Source: an uncultured Acidobacterium sp.
GTDB lineage: Bacteria > Acidobacteriota > Vicinamibacteria > Vicinamibacterales > UBA2999
Reading direction: 5' to 3'
Length of the DNA stretch: 64,000 bases
NCBI GenBank assembly: GCA_964350785.1
Contig: CAYGMD010000002.1
Location: forward strand, 215 to 64,214
Of this stretch, positions 55,154 through 63,225 are shown in pieces. Positions within the stretch are counted from its first letter, which is position 1. Each line of letters starts with the position of its first letter. The notes beneath the pieces are model-generated. The model did not search any database. It had not been told where the DNA came from and saw nothing but the letters and a program-made list of their open reading frames with translations. The position numbers and the translations under genes were made by a program.

Positions 55154-57688
55154 GTGAGCCGGCTGTGGCGGATCGAGGTCGCAGTCGCGGCCGGCCTGTT
55201 CGTGGCCGCGTACGCGATGGCGTCGTGGTACGTGCCGCAGTTTGTGGCCAGTGGCGGCAAGCCGTGGTTCTACCAGCAGGAATTCGGTCCGGCGGTGATG
55301 GAGGCGTGCGGGTTCGGCTACGTGAACCCGGATGACTCGACCCGGCCCGCGCTGACCGCCTTTCTCGAGCGGAAAGCCGACGCGGTGTCGTGCGGCGAGC
55401 TGCAGGCCGTGGCCACCCGGCCGCTGAGCTCCATGCAGCGCGCCTTCCGCTACCTGATCATGACGGTCGGCGGGACGTGGCGCCTGCGAGGGCAGGTGTC
55501 GTGGAGCGCCCTCATGCCGCTCTACGGCAGCTTGTATGGCCTCACGGTGGTGCTGGCGTATGCCATCTTCCGCCAGGGCATGGGCCGCGCGCTCGCGGGC
55601 CTGGGCGCGACCATGCTGGTGCTGTCGACCCTGCATCTCAACAACCTCGCGCACCTTCGCGACTATGCCAAGGCGCCGTTTGTCCTGGCGCTCGTGCTGG
55701 TGGCGATTCGCCTCGTCCGCGGCGAAGTGCGTCTTCGCCGGACGCTGCTGCTGGCCGCCGCGGCCGGCGTCCTGACCGGCGTCGGCATCGGCTTTCGCAA
55801 CGACCTGCTGGTCGCCATTCCGGCCTTCGTCGGGGTGCTCGCCGTGTTCTTGCCGGTCGGCCTCCGCGAGCAGGTGGGCCTGCGCGTGGCGGCCATCGCC
55901 ATCTACCTCGTCGCCGTTTACGGCGCTATGTGGCCCATGTCGTCGGTCTACCAGACCGGCGGCGGCAGCTCGACGCAGCACCTCGTGCTGCTGGGCCTGA
56001 CGCCGGCGTTCAGCGCCGACCTCGGCGTTGACAACAGCCGCCTCTACGAAGTCGGCTTCGAGTATCGCGACGAGCTTGCCCTGGCGATGATCGACAACTA
56101 CGCGGATCGCCGGCTCGGTCAGCACCGGTTCCTGCCGATGTACGGCCCCGACTACGACCGCACGGCGAGCCAATTGCTCCGCGAGGTGGCCACGACCTTT
56201 CCGGCCGATCTGCTGGCGCGCGTCTACGCGTCGGCCGTGCGCATCACGGAGTTGCCGCACTCGACCACGACCGCGGCGCTGGTGGTGCCGGAGTTCCTGC
56301 CGGCGCCGGCCCAGCGCCTGCTGCTGATGAAGGCCGATGGGCTGCGGCTGGTGGGCTCCTGGTGGCCGTGGCCCCTGGTCATCACGCTGGCGGCGCTCAG
56401 CGTCTGGAGCCTTCGCCTCGGGCTCTTTGCCGGTGTCTTTGTCCTGTATCTCTCCGGCTATCCCGCCCTGCAGTTCCAGGAACGGCACTTCTTCCATCTG
56501 GAGTTCGTCGGCTGGTGGGCGCTCGGCTTTTGCCTGATGTTGGCGGGACGCGCGGCCGGTGCCGTGGTCAAGCGCGAGTGGCGGAGCGAATGGCTCAAGG
56601 CCGCCACGCCAGCGGCAGGCTGGCTGCGCGCAGCCGGCATGTGGGCGATTCTCGCCGGGCTTATCGTTGGGCCGCTGTGGCTGCTACGCCGATACCAGGA
56701 GGGGCGCGTCCGCGCGTTCCTCGGCTCTGTGCACGCGGCGCCGCGCACCGCCCTTGATCTGACGCCGGTGTCACTGCCGAACGGAGACGTTCGATTCGAG
56801 AGCCCCGCGCTCGTGCGCACGCTGCCCGGCGATGGTGGTGTGCATGCCGCCTACGTGGTGGCCTACGTCGGCGGGGCCAACTGCGACGCCATGAACCTGC
56901 GCGTCACCCAGCGATACCACTCGATGACGAAGGGCTACGATTTCAGCCATCCGGTGGATGTGGCGGTCCCGCTGGTAGACGAGCCCGTGGCCCTGTATTT
57001 CCCGGCGTACTTCAGGAATCCCGGATCGAGCAATGCCGCTGACGAGCCGTTTGGCTTCGCGGGCCTCGAGTTGCCTGGCGCGCACGCGAACTGCCTCGTC
57101 CGGATGTCCAGTCTCAACGACGTCGCGGCGTTGCCGGCCTTGCTGGACCTGCGCTTGAGACCGGGATGGGAGCGCGTGACCCCCTACGCGACGATCAGCG
57201 GCGTAGAGGGACGCCAGAACCCCGCAGAGACCTACACCTTCCCGGCCGGCCTCGCTCGAAGCGAGGTAAAGAAGAGCCTGGCCGGCACGCCGATGGCCTT
57301 TGTCCCGGGGGACATCCTGAAGGTCTCACCGACGTTCGCCATGAACGGCCTCGCCTGGACGGCCAGGGGCGTGGGTGGCGTGGGCGGTCGAGGACCCCTT
57401 CTTTATCTCGTGGAAATGAAACCCCGCCGCCTCCTCAAGGGGACGACGTTCATCGCGCAAGGGACGATCGAAAAGGGTGGCGTGACGTTCGGCATGGTCA
57501 GCAACGACCTGTGGGTGGTGCAGCTTCACGTCGTGCAGACCGGCGACTTCTCGGTCGTGATTACGGTGCCCGAAGACGGCGACTACAAGCTCGTGATGGC
57601 CAACAACCTGCGCGGCATGTCGCTGGAAAACCAGGTCACGGTGTCGCGCTCCGGCCTGATCGCCCCGGCGGCCGGAGAGAACAGGTGA
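55154..57688 (+). CDS. Large polytopic membrane protein, unassigned family, paralogue P3 (844 aa, extra C-terminal domain)
   Basis: Shares WFYQQEFGPAVMEACGFGY, SWSAL, LRDYAKAPF, GIGFRND, YPALQFQERHFFHLEF with P1 and P2. About 170 additional C-terminal residues are absent from P1 and P2. Confidence 0.7.
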   Translation: MSRLWRIEVAVAAGLFVAAYAMASWYVPQFVASGGKPWFYQQEFGPAVMEACGFGYVNPDDSTRPALTAFLERKADAVSCGELQAVATRPLSSMQRAFRYLIMTVGGTWRLRGQVSWSALMPLYGSLYGLTVVLAYAIFRQGMGRALAGLGATMLVLSTLHLNNLAHLRDYAKAPFVLALVLVAIRLVRGEVRLRRTLLLAAAAGVLTGVGIGFRNDLLVAIPAFVGVLAVFLPVGLREQVGLRVAAIAIYLVAVYGAMWPMSSVYQTGGGSSTQHLVLLGLTPAFSADLGVDNSRLYEVGFEYRDELALAMIDNYADRRLGQHRFLPMYGPDYDRTASQLLREVATTFPADLLARVYASAVRITELPHSTTTAALVVPEFLPAPAQRLLLMKADGLRLVGSWWPWPLVITLAALSVWSLRLGLFAGVFVLYLSGYPALQFQERHFFHLEFVGWWALGFCLMLAGRAAGAVVKREWRSEWLKAATPAAGWLRAAGMWAILAGLIVGPLWLLRRYQEGRVRAFLGSVHAAPRTALDLTPVSLPNGDVRFESPALVRTLPGDGGVHAAYVVAYVGGANCDAMNLRVTQRYHSMTKGYDFSHPVDVAVPLVDEPVALYFPAYFRNPGSSNAADEPFGFAGLELPGAHANCLVRMSSLNDVAALPALLDLRLRPGWERVTPYATISGVEGRQNPAETYTFPAGLARSEVKKSLAGTPMAFVPGDILKVSPTFAMNGLAWTARGVGGVGGRGPLLYLVEMKPRRLLKGTTFIAQGTIEKGGVTFGMVSNDLWVVQLHVVQTGDFSVVITVPEDGDYKLVMANNLRGMSLENQVTVSRSGLIAPAAGENR

Positions 57689-57694
57689 GGGGGC

Positions 57695-58993
57695 ATGGCC
57701 ACCGCTGAAGCGCGCGTGCTCGCGGCAATCGAGCGCCTCGAGCCGGCTTATCGCGCCTTGTTGCAGACGCTGGTGCGCACGCCGAGTCCGGTTGGCGAAG
57801 AGGGCGCCGCGCAAGCGCTCGTCGCCGGGCACATGCGTGACATCGGCCTCGACGTCGATGTCTTCGACATCAACCCGTCGGCCCTCGCCGGTGATGAACG
57901 CTTCAATCCCTCTCCTCGTTCGTATGCCGGCCGGCCGTGCGTGGTGGGGAGGCGGAAGGGCAGCGGCGGTGGCCGCTCGCTGGTGTTGAACGCGCATATC
58001 GACACCGTGCCGGTCGATGCGCCGGGTGCGTGGATGTTCCCGCCATTCGGCGGCGTGATCGAGGACGGGCGGCTCTACGGCCGGGGCGCCGCGGACGACA
58101 AGGCGGGCGTGGTCGAGTGCCTGCTGGTCGCGCACGCGATTCGCGAAGCCGGGCTCGACCTGGCCGGCGACCTGATCGTGACCAGCGTGGTCGAGGACGA
58201 GTCCACGGGCAACGGCTCCCTGGCGGCCGTCCAGCGCGGCCACACCGGTGACGGCGTCATCATTGTCGACGGCACCTGGCCCGAGCGTTTCATCGTTTCG
58301 CACATGGGACAGGTGTCGTTTCAGATCACGCTGGCTGGCGTGGCCGGTCACGCGACGTCGGCAGGCCCCAACCCGATCGCCGCGATCGGCCAGGTGGTCA
58401 CCGCGCTGCAGGAATACGTCTCGCGCCGCAACGCGACGCAGGCCAAGCCCTGGGGCGCCAACGAGCGCCCCCATTTCATCAACCTGGGGATGGTCACAGG
58501 CGGCGTGTGGCCGGGTTCGGTGCCGGGCGACTGCGTGATTGAGGGCCAGTGCGGATTCCCGCCGCCTGAATCCTGCGCCGGGGCGAAGGACGCGCTCCGC
58601 CAGGTATTGCGCGACCTGGCGCAGGCGCCTGGCTGGCCGCTGGCAGCACCTGCGGCCATTGCGTTCGTGGGGCTCGAGACCCCGCCGCAGGTGGGCGACC
58701 CGCACAATGCGATCGTGCAGCTCCTGGTCGAGACCGCTCGCGACAGGCATGGCGCGGTCCTGCAGGAAAGCGTGATCGCCGGTCACTGCGACCTGCGTCA
58801 CTACACCGCCACCACTGCGGCGGCGTGCTTGTACGGGCCGGGCGGTGGCCGCAACATCCATGGCGCGGACGAGCACTTCGAATTGGCCCACCTGCCGTTG
58901 GTCGCCGGTAACCTCGCCTGCGTCGCGCTGCGATGGTGTGGGGTTGCGGATGTGGCGTCCGGCTTTAGCCGGACCGGGCCAGATGAGCGATAA
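57695..58993 (+). CDS. M20-family metallohydrolase (ArgE/DapE/ACY1-like deacylase)
   Basis: LNAHIDTVPV, GRGAADDKAG and VVEDESTGNG metal-ligand motifs. Confidence 0.85.
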   Translation: MATAEARVLAAIERLEPAYRALLQTLVRTPSPVGEEGAAQALVAGHMRDIGLDVDVFDINPSALAGDERFNPSPRSYAGRPCVVGRRKGSGGGRSLVLNAHIDTVPVDAPGAWMFPPFGGVIEDGRLYGRGAADDKAGVVECLLVAHAIREAGLDLAGDLIVTSVVEDESTGNGSLAAVQRGHTGDGVIIVDGTWPERFIVSHMGQVSFQITLAGVAGHATSAGPNPIAAIGQVVTALQEYVSRRNATQAKPWGANERPHFINLGMVTGGVWPGSVPGDCVIEGQCGFPPPESCAGAKDALRQVLRDLAQAPGWPLAAPAAIAFVGLETPPQVGDPHNAIVQLLVETARDRHGAVLQESVIAGHCDLRHYTATTAAACLYGPGGGRNIHGADEHFELAHLPLVAGNLACVALRWCGVADVASGFSRTGPDER

Positions 58994-59810
58994 CCCAGTG
59001 ACCGCGGCCTCGGTGCTCGAGGGCCTGGGCGTACCGCGCGGCGGCATCCTCTACGTGCAGTCGTCGGTTGACTGGATGCAGCGCGCCGGCCTGCGTGCTC
59101 CCGAGGTGCTCGCGACCCTGCTCGACTGGACCGGTCAGGCCGGCACCCTGGTGATGCCGAGCTACCCGTTCCACTCCACGCACCAGGAGTACCTGTTAAC
59201 AGCTCCCACGTTCGACGTGCGCCGCACGCCAGCCGCGATCGGCCTGATGCCGGAGATGTTCCGCCGCACGGCCGGAGTGGTGCGCAGCCTCGATCCCGAT
59301 TTCAGCGTGTGCGCTCGCGGTGCGGAGGCTGAGGTCATCGCCGGCAGCGTACCGGCGGCGCCGGATCCCTTCGGCCCGGACTCGAGCTACCAGCGGATGC
59401 TCGGACTCGGCACCACGCTCGTGGGCCTGGGTGTGAGCCTGAACACCAATTCCTTCATTCATGCCATCGACTCGCGCGCCGGCGCCGGCTATCCGGCCCC
59501 AGTCTATGACGAACGGGTGTACGCTACGACGGTGATCGACCGGCAAGGAGCGTCTCGCGTCGTCCGGCGCCTGTGCCTCCGCCCCCAATTTCAGCAACTC
59601 ACCAGGCCGGCGGCCATTGGCGAGGCGATGGGCCCGGCCGCCGAGGCGTTTGCGACCATCGAGATCGCCGGTGCGCGATTCTTCAAGTGGGACCTCAACG
59701 CCTGGTCGGCTTGGTGCGCGTCGCACGTCGCCGCTCAAGCCACGCGAGGGGAGTGGCCCTGCTGGCTCGCGCGCCTCGGTAGTGCGTTGCCGCCGGCGCA
59801 GCCCTCATGA
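58983..59810 (+). CDS. AAC(3)-fold (Antibiotic_NAT family) N-acetyltransferase-like protein
   Basis: Internal ATG (MSDNPVT). GGILYVQSSVDWM, GTLVMPSYPF and NSFIHAIDS resemble my recollection of aminoglycoside 3-N-acetyltransferase-family motifs. Confidence 0.65.
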   Translation: MSDNPVTAASVLEGLGVPRGGILYVQSSVDWMQRAGLRAPEVLATLLDWTGQAGTLVMPSYPFHSTHQEYLLTAPTFDVRRTPAAIGLMPEMFRRTAGVVRSLDPDFSVCARGAEAEVIAGSVPAAPDPFGPDSSYQRMLGLGTTLVGLGVSLNTNSFIHAIDSRAGAGYPAPVYDERVYATTVIDRQGASRVVRRLCLRPQFQQLTRPAAIGEAMGPAAEAFATIEIAGARFFKWDLNAWSAWCASHVAAQATRGEWPCWLARLGSALPPAQPS

Positions 59811-60607
59811 GCGCGCCGTCGGCCGTCGCCACGTTTCGTCCCAGCCTCTCCATGCTGGGCTGGGCGCTCAACGAGGAAGAGAACGTCGCCGAGTACGTGC
59901 GACGGGCCGAGGCCTTCCTGTCGAGCGTGTCAGACGACTACGAGCTCATCCTGTTCGACGATGGCAGCAGCGACCGGACGTGGTCGATCATGAAGGAGTT
60001 GGCGGCGACGCGGCCGTGGCTGCGGCCGATCCAGAACGATCGCAACCGTGGGCCAGGCTACTGCTACCGGGCGGGCATCGGCGCCGCGACCAAGGCGTAC
60101 TTCATGGCCCAGACCGTGGATTGGGCCTACGACATCGATGCCTTCAAGCCGCACTTCGGGGAACTGGAGCGATACGACATCCTGCAAGGGGTGCGGCCGG
60201 GCGAGTTCTCGATCCGCACGCTCCGCAACCGCAGCGACAGCTTCTACAAGGGCGTCGTCTCGTTGACCAATTACACGCTGATTCGCGTGCTGTTCCGATT
60301 GCCGTTCGACGACTTCCAGAACGTCACGATTTGCCCCACTCGCCTGGCGCAGTCGCTGCGCCTGGAGTCGGAGGGATCGTTTACGAACCCGGAAGTGATG
60401 ATGAAACTGTACTGGGGCGGCGCGTCGTTCCTGCAGGTGCCGGTCCGGTTCCAGAAGCGCGGCCGCGGCAAGGGCACCGGGACGCGAGTCGGTGCCATCG
60501 CGCGTTCGATCGTGGAAATCCTGACTTGTTGGCTCCGCTCGGTGGTGTGGCGACGCCATCCCCGTCGAGGGAACGGACGCGTCGAGTCGGTGCCCCGCCA
60601 AGAATGA
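59807..60607 (+). CDS. GT2-family glycosyltransferase (soluble, DPM1-like)
   Basis: LSMLGWALNEEENV, ELILFDDGSSDRT and NDRNRGPGY. No C-terminal TM helices. Confidence 0.8.
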   Translation: MSAPSAVATFRPSLSMLGWALNEEENVAEYVRRAEAFLSSVSDDYELILFDDGSSDRTWSIMKELAATRPWLRPIQNDRNRGPGYCYRAGIGAATKAYFMAQTVDWAYDIDAFKPHFGELERYDILQGVRPGEFSIRTLRNRSDSFYKGVVSLTNYTLIRVLFRLPFDDFQNVTICPTRLAQSLRLESEGSFTNPEVMMKLYWGGASFLQVPVRFQKRGRGKGTGTRVGAIARSIVEILTCWLRSVVWRRHPRRGNGRVESVPRQE

Positions 60608-62118
60608 GCCAGGCAGCCTACGACAGCGTGTTGTGTCACGCGCCGGTCTCGTTCAGGCGGGCCGCCGCCTATCTGGTCGTCGTGCTGTTGGCCGCCTGGG
60701 GTCTCGCCGGTCACGCCTTTCACGTCGATGGCACCGTGTTAAGAGATGAACACGCCGTCATGTCGTTGGAACTGGCACTGGTGCGCGCCTTTTGCGGCGC
60801 GCCGTCGTCCTATTCGAGCGCCGTTCGCGTCATCCCGGTCGTGAGAAACGCGATTGCGCTCAGGCACGTGCCGCTGCGGACTCTGATTGTGCAGCGCGCC
60901 TCGTCGCTTGATGAATACTGCCGGCAAGCCGACCAGCCGGTCGTCAATAACGAGAACTCGCTGATGCTGATCGAGTCAGCCATCCTGCGGATGCGACCGG
61001 ACCTGTCACTGTCGGGCCTCGGTCAGGCTTTGCATGTCCTGCGGTTGGCTGGACTGACGGTGTTTGTGTTTCTGGTGTTGACTCTTGGGGGCAGCCTCCT
61101 GTTGGCGCTGGGCGCCATGCTGTGTGGGCTGATCACGCTGAACGCGATGTCCGACTTCATCTATTCGGCCTATCCCTTCCTGTTCGTGGTCGTCCTGGTG
61201 CTGGCCTCAGGCTACGCCTTCGCCTTGAGGCATGACTGGACCCGGCGCTGGCCCGCCGCGATACTGGCGTGTGGCGGTGCCGGAGTCTTCTCGGCGCTCG
61301 TGGCCAACATGCGCACGAGCTATCTGCCGGTGGTTGCCGCCTTCCTCGTCGCATTCGTGACCGCGCGGTGGTGGCTGGGCGGGCGGCCCTCACGCACGCA
61401 TGAGGGGGTTCTTGCGGTTGTCATCCTGGCGGCCTGGGTGGCCGGCTATGGGGCATTCCAAATCGGGTTGATTACGCGGCACGTGCCGGCGGACCGCACC
61501 GATGGCCTCTCCCATTCAATTGCCCATCCGCTGGTGCTGGCGCTCAGCGTGCCGGAGACAGCCTTCAGTCGCGAGCTCGGCTTGCGCTGGGACGACGCCG
61601 TCGGTCCACAGATAGCGCTGCGCATCGATCCGAGCGTGACCTACCTGAGTCGCGGTTATCACGCGGCGTTGATGCAGTATTACCGGACCTTGTGGGCCGA
61701 CCAGCCGGGGCGGATGATCGGGGTGTATCAAACCAAGTTCGCCGTGGCCGGCTCGGACATGCTCCACGTGCTGCGCCACTCCCCTGGCCCCACGGGCCTG
61801 TTGCTCGCCCTGCTGCTGGCGCCGATGGACTGGTGGTCGCGCGCCGTCTGGCTGGTCGTGACCGAAGCCGCCATTGCCGCGTTCGGAGCGTTCCTGTTCG
61901 TGCGGGGGCGATCGGTTGCGGCATTTGCCCTGGTCCTGCTGAGCACGGCCGCAGCCCTGCTGCAGATTGAGGCGGGCATCATCTACTCGCTCTTCGTCCA
62001 GCAGTACCACAATTACTCGGCCTTCTTCGTGATGTTCATCTCGCTGGCCGGTCTGCAGGCGCTCGCCAATCGAGTGGCGCGGATCATGGCGCCGGTCGCG
62101 ACTGGCCAGGGAAGCTAG
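60604..62118 (+). CDS. Polytopic membrane protein (504 aa), family unknown
   Basis: Internal ATG (MSQAAYDS) forming an ATGA overlap with the upstream stop. About 10 hydrophobic segments. The ORF track's 833-aa version has an Arg/Pro-rich, non-protein-like N-terminal part. Confidence 0.55.
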   Translation: MSQAAYDSVLCHAPVSFRRAAAYLVVVLLAAWGLAGHAFHVDGTVLRDEHAVMSLELALVRAFCGAPSSYSSAVRVIPVVRNAIALRHVPLRTLIVQRASSLDEYCRQADQPVVNNENSLMLIESAILRMRPDLSLSGLGQALHVLRLAGLTVFVFLVLTLGGSLLLALGAMLCGLITLNAMSDFIYSAYPFLFVVVLVLASGYAFALRHDWTRRWPAAILACGGAGVFSALVANMRTSYLPVVAAFLVAFVTARWWLGGRPSRTHEGVLAVVILAAWVAGYGAFQIGLITRHVPADRTDGLSHSIAHPLVLALSVPETAFSRELGLRWDDAVGPQIALRIDPSVTYLSRGYHAALMQYYRTLWADQPGRMIGVYQTKFAVAGSDMLHVLRHSPGPTGLLLALLLAPMDWWSRAVWLVVTEAAIAAFGAFLFVRGRSVAAFALVLLSTAAALLQIEAGIIYSLFVQQYHNYSAFFVMFISLAGLQALANRVARIMAPVATGQGS

Positions 62119-62237
62119 GCGATGGTGCCGTTCCGGCGGCGCCCCCGGCCGGGCGCGTGGCTGCCGCGCCTGGCGCCGGCCAACCTCGACCCCTACGTGA
62201 ACCTTCACGACATCATGTACATTGTCGCGGAGCGCCA

Positions 62238-63224
62238 ATGATCAAGCTGCTGATTGTCGCCCCGGCGTTCAACGAAGAAGCGGGCCTGCCCCACTTCATC
62301 GCCGCCGTGCTCGACCTGCGGCGCCGCCTCGCCGCGGCGACCGAAGTCCGCCTGCTGGTGGTCGACGATGGTTCCAGCGACGACACGCTGAACGTCCTTC
62401 GCCGCGCCGCCGAGGCGCATCCGGAGGCGGTGGGGTTCCTGTCGTTCACGGCCAACGCCGGGCACCAGGCGGCGCTGATTGCCGGCTTGTGCCACGCCGG
62501 CCCGTGGCCCGATGCCATCGTCACCATGGACTCGGACCTCGAGCATCCGATGGCCGTCGTCGAACAACTGGTCCAGAAGTGGCGCGAGACCGGGGCGATC
62601 ATCGTCCATGCCATTCGGCGTCCAACCCGCGACTTGCCACTCCTCAAGCGCCTGCCCTCCGCGATGTTTTATCGGCTCACGGCGACGCTGACCGGCCTCA
62701 GCCTGTCAGCGGGTCAGGCCGACTTCCGCCTGTGGGATGCCGAGGTGCTCCGCAATGTCGGCAGCTACCTGCCGCACCTTGGCTCGCTGCGAGTCTTCGC
62801 GGCGTGGCTGCCCGGGACGAAGGTGTCCGTGCTCTACGATCAACACGTGTGCGCCGACCGCGTGTCGCGGTTCACGTTTCGCAAGAACTACGAACTGGCG
62901 GCGATCAGCATCGTCCGGTTCTCGCATGTCCCGTTACAGGTCATCAGCGGCCTTGGCCTGCTCGGCCTGCTGTTCTCGGTCACGTACGGCAGCTACATCG
63001 CCTGGGAAACGGCGCGCGGCAACACCGTGCCCGGCTGGTCGAGCACCGTGCTGACGGTGATGACCATGGGCTGCCTGCAGTTGCTGGCCTTTGGCGTGCT
63101 GGCCAATTACTTCAGGCGGCTGGTTTTCGCCCGTGACCTACCGCCATGGGTCGTGCGCACCGCGCGCCTCACCCCGGCTGGCCGCGACGAATGCGGTCCG
63201 GCCCGTCAAGACGGCGCAAACTAA
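62238..63224 (+). CDS. GT2 polyprenyl-phosphate sugar synthase-like glycosyltransferase (GtrB/ArnC type)
   Basis: LLIVAPAFNEE, VVDDGSSDDT and TMDSDLEHP (DxD). Two C-terminal TM helices. Internal ATG of ORF 62157..63224. Confidence 0.85.
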   Translation: MIKLLIVAPAFNEEAGLPHFIAAVLDLRRRLAAATEVRLLVVDDGSSDDTLNVLRRAAEAHPEAVGFLSFTANAGHQAALIAGLCHAGPWPDAIVTMDSDLEHPMAVVEQLVQKWRETGAIIVHAIRRPTRDLPLLKRLPSAMFYRLTATLTGLSLSAGQADFRLWDAEVLRNVGSYLPHLGSLRVFAAWLPGTKVSVLYDQHVCADRVSRFTFRKNYELAAISIVRFSHVPLQVISGLGLLGLLFSVTYGSYIAWETARGNTVPGWSSTVLTVMTMGCLQLLAFGVLANYFRRLVFARDLPPWVVRTARLTPAGRDECGPARQDGAN

Positions 63225-63225
63225 A

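Noticed and set aside
50011-59047. Several long minus-strand ORFs: 50011..51489, 51531..53021, 54935..56497 and 57326..59047.
   Set aside because: Each lies antisense to a + strand gene with strong motifs (a membrane protein, AsnB copy 3, RfbB/P3, and M20). All have the same Arg/His/Pro-rich shadow composition, and none has a recognisable domain.
58983-59810. The AAC(3)-fold gene as an acquired aminoglycoside-resistance determinant on a mobile element.
   Set aside because: There are no flanking transposase, integrase or repeat sequences. It is translationally coupled on both sides to glycan-synthesis genes, and its composition matches the locus. A biosynthetic sugar N-acetyltransferase role is more parsimonious.
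59617-62118. An 833-aa + strand ORF spanning the GT2 gene and the downstream membrane protein.
   Set aside because: The N-terminal ~329 codons overlap the AAC(3)-like and GT2 genes out of frame and look non-protein-like. The hydrophobic protein starts at the ATG at 60604, overlapping the GT2 stop.
62149-62173. A GC-rich hairpin considered as an intrinsic terminator.
   Set aside because: No U-tract follows the stem, and the next gene continues on the same strand. I kept it only as a low-interest note within the intergenic-gap finding.
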